Origin: a virus
DNA length: 42,572 nt
IMG/VR virus record: IMGVR_UViG_3300045988_038154
Coordinates: 1-42,572 of that record
Strand: one strand, 5' to 3'
Under the pieces are notes generated by a model that worked only from the letters and a program-made list of their open reading frames with translations, searched no databases and was not told where the DNA came from. The position numbers and the translations under genes are program-made. Shown in pieces: positions 32,101-40,083 of the stretch. Numbering within the stretch: position 1 is the first letter of the stretch; the number at the start of each line of letters is the position of its first letter.

Positions 32101-34109
32101 ATCACGTTAATAGCTTTCGCAACTTTCATCACTCCTGAAGCTACTTTAGAACCCACAAAGTAGGCAGCAAACAAAGAACCGACTGTTTTAATAGCCGTTT
32201 TATGTTCTGCAATACCGCCTAAAGCCTTTGATAGTGATGTTACTGGTGATTTAGCTTTCTTGCCGTTGCCAGTCATTAGGTTAAGCGCTTCGGCAACACC
32301 TTTAATCATGCCTACGGCAGTTTCCCAAACACCGCTAGCAAAGTCTTTACCAATGCTAAACACCGAACCTAAACTATCTTTAACCTCTTTGAAAAAGGCT
32401 ACAATTTTAGGAGCATTGTTAGCAATGCTCTTGCTCAGATTATCGACAAACTTATTAAGACCGTCCATTAAGCCATTAAGTTTATCTGTACCATCACCGA
32501 GATTAAACACTTTAGAAAAGGCATCCATGATAGTGCCTAAGCCCTTGGAAACGTGCTCCCCTAAATCTTTAAACTTGGTTTCAGTGTTAGGATCAGCAAC
32601 CCAATTACCAATCTGTTGCAAGAATGGGTTTTTCATTTTGTCGATTGGGTCACGGAACGCTGCAACTACCGCCGGCATACGAGATTGGATAGTTCTTTCA
32701 AGACCACCGATAGTTGTTGAAAAGTTAGCCGTGGCATCCTTGTACTTGTCTTGCAACTCAAACAAGGCTTTCTGCGCCATTTCAGCGGTAATCTTACCAT
32801 CTTTTTGAAGCTCCGCATATTTATCGGCGGTCATGTCTGCAATCCCAAGTTCTTGTGCAGCTACTTCTTTAAGCTGGTTCTTCATTTCTGGGAAGACGTT
32901 GATAATAGACATCATATCTTGCCCTTGAACCTTACCGTTGGCAATCATTTGAGCCCACTGAGTAGCGAAATTCTCAACGGCTGCATCGGTCTGACCGAAT
33001 GCGTCTTGCAATGTCAAGATAGCTTGTGTTTGTTGCTTAGTCAACTCGGTATTGTGGGTAACGGCATAGAATTTCTGGTTCATACCGTCAACCATTTCGG
33101 TTGAGTTAGCTGCCGCTTGTGCCATTTGGTTGGTCATGTCAACCATCTTCTTACCTTCTTCGGCATTGCCGGTTAAGGTAAGCCAAGTGGCGTTCATGGT
33201 TTGTTGATATTTAACATATTCGGCACTTGATTGGGCGATTTCGTCAAACTTGCCCTTGATAGCTCCCAATGCGTTTTGGAAACCGTTACTAATCAAGTTA
33301 GCTGCAAACGTAGCTCCGAAGATACCTTTTAAGCGTGAGGTTTTCGTTTCAGTCTCACTGACTTCACTTCCTAAGCGTTTAAAGCTATCCTTTAAGCGTC
33401 CAATGAACGTGCTAGAGCGTTGACTTTGTTCAATCTCATCATTCAATCTATCAGCAGCATTACGAGCGTGAGCCAAACTAGTAGCTGTTTCATCCAAGCG
33501 TCTACGCTGAACGAGGTATTCTTCAGAGGTTTTACCAGATTGGCGAGCGACACGCTCAAGCATTTCTTTCTGTTTCTCATACTGCTTATTTAAGTTAGTA
33601 ATCGAACCTTTGTATTGCTTGAGTTGCTCTTGTCTAGCTTCATCTTCCTTACCTTCCGCTTTCAAACGCTTGATATAAGCGTCGGAAGTTTCGTTTTGTA
33701 GCTTGTACTCTCTTTGCAATTCAGCAAGCCCAGACCTATGATAGTCCAGACTGTTCTTAGCTTGCCTTTGTTGGTTTTCCAACGATGCCAAGCGGGTAGT
33801 AGCTTGGTCAATCTGTTGTTGGTATTTAAGGTACTGTTCAGCGGTTTCAGCGGTACTACCCTTAAGTTGAGACTGCTCTTGTTTCAGTTTCTCAATCTTG
33901 TGCTGTTGGTTTTGGATAGCATTGCCCAAACCATCGTACTTAGCTTGTGCTGCTCCCAGATAGTCCCCAGCACTACGCATTTGGCTCTCTTGTGCCTTCC
34001 ATGCGTTCGTAGAACTATTGACTAACTGAGTTAACCGCTTAATCGAGTTAGCCGCTTGAAGCGTGTCTAAGGCGATTTCCGTGGACATGGTAGCTTGTAC
34101 TTTTGCCAT
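29103..34109 (-). CDS. Tape measure protein with embedded CHAP and lytic transglycosylase (SLT) domains
   Basis: 1668 aa, with a coiled-coil N-terminus and TM segments. CHAP-like [14 protein letters not shown]...NHVDFV; SLT-like [31 protein letters not shown]. Confidence 0.9.
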   Translation of the reverse strand: [1668 protein letters not shown]

Positions 34110-34137
34110 GTATTATTTTTCCTCCTTTCCTTAAAAA

Positions 34138-34341
34138 TTAGAGTAAAGATGTTGGGTCAACCATCCTATCTTCTTCCTCTTTGGCATTTAAGATTTTCAT
34201 TAGCTCATAATAGTCAGTGTCGTAATACTGATCTAGTGTCCACCCAAAACCTTGGATTGATTTTTTAGCAATGATTTTTAAATCTTCAATGCGATTTTCT
34301 AAATCAAAAATCTGTTCGCCTTTAGATTTTAGTCTTTTGGG
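34138..34341 (-). CDS. -1 frameshift extension of the tail chaperone (gpT-like part of the G-T fusion)
   Basis: The -1 frame is open for 67 codons from the CCCAAAA heptamer to the TAA at 34138..34140, filling an otherwise ORF-less gap. Confidence 0.7.
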   Translation of the reverse strand, partial: PKRLKSKGEQIFDLENRIEDLKIIAKKSIQGFGWTLDQYYDTDYYELMKILNAKEEEDRMVDPTSLL

Positions 34342-34682
34342 TCAATGTCACCAGCAGCATTTTCGAGTTGTTCGTCTGTCAATCCGTACATGTAGCCCAC
34401 CAATTTTTCAGAGATTTCTTGTGTGCGGACATTATCCAAATCAAGCAATTTATCATAGGCTTCATCATCCAAGTCGAGAATAGCACGGATAAAGCTGAGC
34501 ATTTCCTTGAGCACAGTATAGCTTGCTTGTGCTTGCTCTTGTGTATCGCTATCTTCCATAGTGTCACTGAGTTTCAACACGGCAAGTTGATACTCGTGCA
34601 TACGCAAAACGTTACGGTTGCTTGTAGTCACTTTGAAGGCTTTTTTACTGATTTCTGGGATTTGAATAGTTTTGATTTCCAT
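34329..34682 (-). CDS. Tail assembly chaperone (gpG-like)
   Basis: Position between the major tail and tape measure genes; it ends just after the slippery site. Confidence 0.8.
   Translation of the reverse strand: MEIKTIQIPEISKKAFKVTTSNRNVLRMHEYQLAVLKLSDTMEDSDTQEQAQASYTVLKEMLSFIRAILDLDDEAYDKLLDLDNVRTQEISEKLVGYMYGLTDEQLENAAGDIDPKD
34335..34341 (-). other. Programmed -1 ribosomal frameshift heptamer C_CCA_AAA
   Basis: X_XXY_YYZ pattern in the zero frame of the chaperone gene, two codons before its stop. Confidence 0.7.
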
Positions 34683-34700
34683 TTATCTTTACTCCTTTAA

Positions 34701-34734
34701 CAAAAATAGAGGTCAGGCCATGAGCCCGACCTCT
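34701..34734 (-). terminator. Terminator after the major tail protein gene
   Basis: Minus-strand AGAGGUCGGGC-UCAU-GGCCUGACCUCU followed by AUUUUUG. Confidence 0.65.
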
Positions 34735-34749
34735 TGCGAATTATTTAGA

Positions 34750-35367
34750 TTATCCACCGACTACTGGTGTACCAGTGAGAACATATCCACCGAATACTTC
34801 TTTGAACATGTTAGCTTTGTCGAAAGTAGATGCTCCAGAATAGTATTTCTTGTAAGGTTCACCGTTGAACGAGATGGCTGACAATGCGTTAAATGTCATA
34901 TTGTCGTCTTGGCGAGTTTGGGCAGTATCAGTATCTGTTGCAACGTTTTGAGTTGATTCTTGCATAATGCCGTTAGCGAAACCAAAGAAAACTGAGTGTT
35001 TGCGGTCAAGTGTTTCAGATTCAATCAATACCGCTGTGTGTGGCTTTTCACCGTCCATCACGTAACCACCCTTGCCGTCTGCTTTGAAACCAAGCATTTT
35101 TTGTTTAATTTCAAAATCGAGGTTATTGAAGTCAAACGCCACGGTTGGTGAACCTGGTGCAATCATAACGTCTTGCACTGAGTTGTTCCCAGGGATTTTA
35201 GTCGCTTGACCTTCCAAGTTTGAGATGTTAGCGGTACGAGTACCAAGCATGCTTGAATCAACTTCGATTACACCGTCTGTTGAAAGGCCGTCAGCACCTT
35301 TAATTAGTTTTTGGGTTTTAGGGTCAACCAAAGCAAGGCGGACCATTTTCAAACCTACAATTGCCAT
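34750..35367 (-). CDS. Major tail protein
   Basis: Position, size, strong RBS and a downstream terminator. Confidence 0.8.
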   Translation of the reverse strand: MAIVGLKMVRLALVDPKTQKLIKGADGLSTDGVIEVDSSMLGTRTANISNLEGQATKIPGNNSVQDVMIAPGSPTVAFDFNNLDFEIKQKMLGFKADGKGGYVMDGEKPHTAVLIESETLDRKHSVFFGFANGIMQESTQNVATDTDTAQTRQDDNMTFNALSAISFNGEPYKKYYSGASTFDKANMFKEVFGGYVLTGTPVVGG

Positions 35368-35385
35368 ATAGTAATTTCTCCTTTG

Positions 35386-35757
35386 TTAAATTAATTTATC
35401 GAGAGCAACAAAAAAGACCGCCGTAATCTGCAAAGTATCGGGGTCTATACTATGTTCTCTCATGTCTGTAATTGAGTAGTGTTCAGATTTTAGGAATTTC
35501 AGTAATTCCATTTCAAAGGCTTCGATATCAAAATCGATATCAGCTTTGTAAAAAATCTGTACCTCTACCCTATCCGTTTTTCCGAAAAAGGTATTATTCC
35601 CACTCAAATCAAGGGACGGATTGCTTTCAGTGAGCAAAACGATTGTCTTATCGGTATTTTCTTCGAGCTCTTTAGGCAAGTTGTTTGCATATACTTCGCT
35701 TATTTCACCAAATTCTTTGCCGTCAATTAGCTCTTTTAGTTTTACGGTCGCTAACAC
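35386..35757 (-). CDS. Tail terminator / tail completion protein
   Basis: Synteny between the HK97 gp10-like gene and the major tail gene. Confidence 0.6.
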   Translation of the reverse strand: MLATVKLKELIDGKEFGEISEVYANNLPKELEENTDKTIVLLTESNPSLDLSGNNTFFGKTDRVEVQIFYKADIDFDIEAFEMELLKFLKSEHYSITDMREHSIDPDTLQITAVFFVALDKLI

Positions 35758-35762
35758 TTAAA

Positions 35763-36185
35763 TCACTTTCCTCCTTTTCTTCGAATGAGTTTCTCATATT
35801 CCTCTTTTTCTGCTAATAGCACCTTTCTTTGAACGGCACTATCGTTTTGGACATTGGTAACGAAATGATCGGCACGGTATTTCTTAGTGCCGTCATTTAA
35901 TCGTCTGGCATTTTGAGCGTGGTAGTTGTTTTTCCAGCCTACGGTTGCCACACCGTTCTTTCTGCCATCCGCATTCGTGGATTGGACAGATAAACCGTCA
36001 GCCATGTGCCCATACTTCAAATGTTTCTTGTTTGAGTAGTGTTTCTCCCTAGTAACTTCTTCCAGTTCCTTTTGAAACACCTTTGCGCCAGCGGTTGTAA
36101 TTTTGGCTTGTTCCGCTGGTGTCAAATCACCAATGCTGGCGACTGTTTCAAGCCAGCCCTCTAGTGCTTTGTCAAGTCCTACCAT
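35763..36185 (-). CDS. HK97 gp10-family head-tail joining protein
   Basis: Synteny and size. Confidence 0.65.
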   Translation of the reverse strand: MVGLDKALEGWLETVASIGDLTPAEQAKITTAGAKVFQKELEEVTREKHYSNKKHLKYGHMADGLSVQSTNADGRKNGVATVGWKNNYHAQNARRLNDGTKKYRADHFVTNVQNDSAVQRKVLLAEKEEYEKLIRRKGGK

Positions 36186-36191
36186 AAGCCA

Positions 36192-36542
36192 TCACCCAAC
36201 TTTCTTATGCTTCCGCAATGTCAGAAAGTCGTAGCGGTTAAGTCCAAAGTTTTCGTTTGGGCTAACACGCACAATATCATACTGAGTGCCATTTAGGACG
36301 GCAACTTGACCTTCAATAACTTTAGCGTTATGACGAATAACAATCACTCTTGTATCACTTTCGCCATTTTGTTGGGCCAAATACTCTTGATTGAGTGTGC
36401 GAGTGTGTGGCTTATAGTGCAGCGTAAACTGTTTCACAAACTTTGGCACGCTCACACCCGTAAACTTGTTAGGGGTGCTTTGGTATGTGCCAAAATCAGC
36501 TTTAAAGCGAAAGTCTGAGGGTAAATATCTAACTTTAGGCAT
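36192..36542 (-). CDS. Head closure / head-tail adaptor protein
   Basis: Synteny; typical C-terminal ...YDIVRV... pattern. Confidence 0.65.
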   Translation of the reverse strand: MPKVRYLPSDFRFKADFGTYQSTPNKFTGVSVPKFVKQFTLHYKPHTRTLNQEYLAQQNGESDTRVIVIRHNAKVIEGQVAVLNGTQYDIVRVSPNENFGLNRYDFLTLRKHKKVG

Positions 36543-36856
36543 TAGTCACCTCTTTCTTCACTATACGTTGCGTATAAGCCCCTTAATTGCCCGATTATGC
36601 TATTTAGAGTTAGGTTAATCGGATAAGTCACCGTGTCGGTTAAAGCCACCCGGTATGTGAAATAAGTGCTTGTGAGGGCAATTACAGCCGTGTCAAATAG
36701 AGATTCTACACTGTCAAGGTCGTAGAATTTTTGATCACTACCGACTGCATTGATAATGTACTGTTGAGCCGATTCAATGTAAGCTGGAATGAGTGCAGTG
36801 TCGTCTGTCTCATCCAGATTCAAGGTCTGCATGATGGTTTCCTTAGATACACTCAT
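36542..36856 (-). CDS. gp6-like head-tail connector protein
   Basis: Synteny directly after the capsid gene. Confidence 0.65.
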   Translation of the reverse strand: MSVSKETIMQTLNLDETDDTALIPAYIESAQQYIINAVGSDQKFYDLDSVESLFDTAVIALTSTYFTYRVALTDTVTYPINLTLNSIIGQLRGLYATYSEERGD

Positions 36857-36871
36857 TGCTTACCTCCTAAA

Positions 36872-38065
36872 TTAAGCTCCAGCAGTAAGATTAGCTTTTT
36901 GGTCAGCGATAGCTTTGAATGACGCTGGCACAAACGCTTCTTCATCCGTTTTAACAACATCGAAGCGGTCAATAACACGTACTTTAGTCGTGTCAGTTTC
37001 AAATGCACCGCCACCGATATTAGTTGAAAGTAGTGACAAGTGTTGACGGTCAAACAATGTTACCGCTTGTTTCAAGTCACCAAAGTAAAGTGGCATAGCT
37101 CCACCAGTACCGTTAGCAAGCCAGCGGTCTGAAACTTCTTTAACTGCGAAACCATCGATTGAGTATCCAGTTGGTGATTTCACGTCACGTTCCATGAGGT
37201 AATCACCCATTGCGTTCTTAACTTTCTTAAGGGCAGTGAAGCCTGAAGTATTAGTTAAGAAGAATGACGTTTGTTTGATCGCTGGGTCAACTTTAGCTTC
37301 GAGGTCGATAATATCATCCCATTTAGCCAATGTTGGTTTAGTTGGGAGTGTTGCAATAACATCCAAGATAGCTTTGTTACGAGTAACAACAACTTTTTTC
37401 GCAATCCAACCAGACAACCAAGCAAGAATATTTTCAGCAGAATCAGCAAGCAAGCTGTTAGTTACTGTTGAGATACCAGCATAGCGTTTGATAGCGTAGC
37501 GGATAAGAGAAAGTTTAGGATCGTCATTGGCACCGATTTGTCCAGCTTCATCATCGAGTTTAGAAAGACCAGTAATTTCAGCCCATTTTTCGTAAACACG
37601 AGAACCAGTAAGAGTAGTTACGTTTTCAACGTTTACATACTCTTGCAATGAGTCATATTGACGAACCAATGTATTGATAGCTGTACGGATATCTTGTGGG
37701 ATAGTCAAGCCAGCGTCTGAGCCAGTAGCGTCTGTTTTAGAATCAAGCAAGTTTTGGTAACGACCACGAACGAGGTTTTTGAAGTCTTTAACAAAGGCGT
37801 CTTTTACTTCTTCTTCATTCTTAGTCAATGGTTGTTTTTCTTCTTCAGTCATGTTTGCCACTTCGCTAGCACGAGCTTCAGTGTATTGTTCTTTGAACAT
37901 GTCACGTTTCATTTTTGCAGTGTCACGCTCATTTTTGATTGCTTGCAATTCTTCAGCGGTAACTGAATCATCAAGCATAGCTACGTTAAGTTTTTCATTA
38001 AGATTTTCGACCTTGTCGCCTTGAGCAACCCAAAGGTCATGCAATTCGTTTGATGTTTTCATCAA
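36872..38065 (-). CDS. Major capsid protein, HK97 fold
   Basis: 397 aa, with an N-terminal coiled-coil delta domain, following the ClpP-like protease. Confidence 0.9.
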   Translation of the reverse strand: MMKTSNELHDLWVAQGDKVENLNEKLNVAMLDDSVTAEELQAIKNERDTAKMKRDMFKEQYTEARASEVANMTEEEKQPLTKNEEEVKDAFVKDFKNLVRGRYQNLLDSKTDATGSDAGLTIPQDIRTAINTLVRQYDSLQEYVNVENVTTLTGSRVYEKWAEITGLSKLDDEAGQIGANDDPKLSLIRYAIKRYAGISTVTNSLLADSAENILAWLSGWIAKKVVVTRNKAILDVIATLPTKPTLAKWDDIIDLEAKVDPAIKQTSFFLTNTSGFTALKKVKNAMGDYLMERDVKSPTGYSIDGFAVKEVSDRWLANGTGGAMPLYFGDLKQAVTLFDRQHLSLLSTNIGGGAFETDTTKVRVIDRFDVVKTDEEAFVPASFKAIADQKANLTAGA

Positions 38066-38076
38066 TCATCTTCCTT

Positions 38077-38745
38077 TCATTTTTCAAGTAAAATAGCCAA
38101 TTTCTGCTCACGCAATGAATCGGTCTTAGGTGTTGCAATCATATTCTTAAATTTATTGATTGCTGACTTGCTTGGTAGCTGATGTACGGCGTTAGTAACC
38201 ATGATTTCTTCTTCATCATTGTCGAAGAACATGATCTCATCCGCAAAGCCTTTATCAACGGCAGTTTTAGCATTAAGCCATGTCTCTTTAGCCATGAGAT
38301 CAAGTAACTCTGGTTGCTTAAGTCCAGTTTTCATCTCGTATGCCAAAGCGATAGACTCATCAATGCTATTAAGCACCGCTGATTGGTGCTCTAGGTCATC
38401 GCTATTACCAACGATGCCAGTAGATGCCTTGTGAATCATGATGTGTGCCGTTGGACTGATACGCACGGTATCGCCAGCCATAGAAATGACACTCGCAGCA
38501 CTAGCCGCAAGCCCTTGCACATTAACCACAATACGCTTGCCGCTTGCCTTTAGCATTGTATAGATTTCGCTGGCTGCAAACACATCACCACCATTAGACG
38601 CTATATTAAGCGTGATTTCTTCATCTTCGTCGTTTGCAATGGCATCTTGTACCAGTTTCGGATAGGTACTAGACATGCCAAAGTATTCGTAGAAAGCACC
38701 AGCATCATCACTTACAATATCGCCTTTAATGTCAATCTTGCCCAT
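38077..38745 (-). CDS. ClpP-like (S14) prohead protease
   Basis: GLAASAASVISMAGD (Ser) and IMIHKAS (His). Confidence 0.9.
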   Translation of the reverse strand: MGKIDIKGDIVSDDAGAFYEYFGMSSTYPKLVQDAIANDEDEEITLNIASNGGDVFAASEIYTMLKASGKRIVVNVQGLAASAASVISMAGDTVRISPTAHIMIHKASTGIVGNSDDLEHQSAVLNSIDESIALAYEMKTGLKQPELLDLMAKETWLNAKTAVDKGFADEIMFFDNDEEEIMVTNAVHQLPSKSAINKFKNMIATPKTDSLREQKLAILLEK

Positions 38746-39883
38746 TTATCTCACCTCCTTTCAATGTGGTTCGGTTAGGGTTTTTACCCTCTGGCAACTC
38801 TTTAGGTAGAATTTCAGCTTGTTGCAAAATATACAAACCTTGATTCTGTGCGAGTGTGCCACTTTTAACCATGCTATTGATCCGACTGATATAGTTAGCA
38901 CCAGTCGGGTCAACCGCTGGGAAAATATCTGCGTCCACATCGCATGAAAGTTTTTGAGATAACTCACTAAGGAGCGGTCTTAAATAGCGTACTACTGCTT
39001 TAGAGTACACATTTGAGCTCATTTCTAGTGAAGACTGTTGGTCACCTTGTCCTCCGACAACGTTCTCTGGGATACCGTAGACTTTTGCAAATTGTCCGGT
39101 CGTCCAGTCCGCTTGCTTAAGTAGTTGGGCCACGTTGGATTTTATTTCAAGAGGTGTGAAATCCTCTAAATCGTCTAGTACCAACGGACCGCCTTGCATT
39201 TGCTTCATCGCTTGTCGTGAGCGTGAGACTTTAGTTTTAAAATCGAGCAAACCACCGCCCTTGATTTTCAAAATACCATTGGCGTTTAGGGCGTTCTTAA
39301 GAGAGTTAAGCGTTAGCTTATCACTGGCTTTCTGAATATCGAGTTCTCTACCAAGAGCCATCAAAGGGCTTACACTTGTCAAACCACCGTCCACGGATAG
39401 CAATCTGAAATGTAAGATGTCGCTTTGTGGAACGTGCTGTTTTGGTGGAATGCGTGGATCGTCAAAAGTAATGTTGTAATAAAGACCGTTTTGGTTGTCT
39501 AATCGGTTGAAAGAGACTTGAGATGGTCTTAAATACTCCCACTTCATATCACGCCCGTTATCATTACGCCATCGATATGCAAAGGCTTCTCCGCCCAATA
39601 GCATTTGAGCAAAGATAGATTGGTAAAAGTTAAAGCGATTTGCGTTGTTAGACGGGTTATCCACGATACCTTGCATTTGTTTTCGGCTAGTCGTTAGCTT
39701 AGCAGTCGCAAGGTCGTTAGATAGCTGACTGATAATAGAGAATAGGTCCGAGTTTTTTAGAGCGGTTTCGGCTGATACCCACTCACTACCATTCAAGGTA
39801 GCTAAAAACTCTGGATCAGTGATATCAAAAAAGCCCCCTTGGTTGCTCGGTGGGCTTTCGGTTGCTAAATTAAATATCGGCAA
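38732..39883 (-). CDS. Portal protein (HK97 family), TTG start
   Basis: Synteny; the start codon is TTG, 7 nt after AAAGGAGGTGA. Confidence 0.9.
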   Translation of the reverse strand: MPIFNLATESPPSNQGGFFDITDPEFLATLNGSEWVSAETALKNSDLFSIISQLSNDLATAKLTTSRKQMQGIVDNPSNNANRFNFYQSIFAQMLLGGEAFAYRWRNDNGRDMKWEYLRPSQVSFNRLDNQNGLYYNITFDDPRIPPKQHVPQSDILHFRLLSVDGGLTSVSPLMALGRELDIQKASDKLTLNSLKNALNANGILKIKGGGLLDFKTKVSRSRQAMKQMQGGPLVLDDLEDFTPLEIKSNVAQLLKQADWTTGQFAKVYGIPENVVGGQGDQQSSLEMSSNVYSKAVVRYLRPLLSELSQKLSCDVDADIFPAVDPTGANYISRINSMVKSGTLAQNQGLYILQQAEILPKELPEGKNPNRTTLKGGEINGQD

Positions 39884-39900
39884 TTATTATCACCTCCTTT

Positions 39901-40080
39901 CTAGCCTTTTTTAGCGGCTAGCTCACTAATCAACCCTGCTAGTACGAATGTAATGGTCATGCTAATGCCAAACCATACATATCCGAGGTTGTAAGTCGTT
40001 AAATTTAGCGAAATCGCAGCTAAAATGAACATAAGAATGTCAAAAATAGCCCAAATTGCCTTAAAAAACTTCAAAATCAT
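39901..40080 (-). CDS. Small two-TM membrane protein (59 aa) between TerL and portal, not in the supplied track
   Basis: Hand translation gives MILKFFKAIWAIFDILMFILAAISLNLTTYNLGYVWFGISMTITFVLAGLISELAAKKG. Confidence 0.55.
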   Translation of the reverse strand: MILKFFKAIWAIFDILMFILAAISLNLTTYNLGYVWFGISMTITFVLAGLISELAAKKG

Positions 40081-40083
40081 GTA

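Noticed and set aside
29629-33104. Numerous plus-strand ORFs of 60-235 aa (for example 30865-31572, 32260-32808, 30379-30837) inside the tape measure gene
   Set aside because: They are antisense shadows of a 5-kb minus-strand gene with strong repeat and codon structure. They have no RBS and low-complexity Ser/Leu/Pro-rich products.
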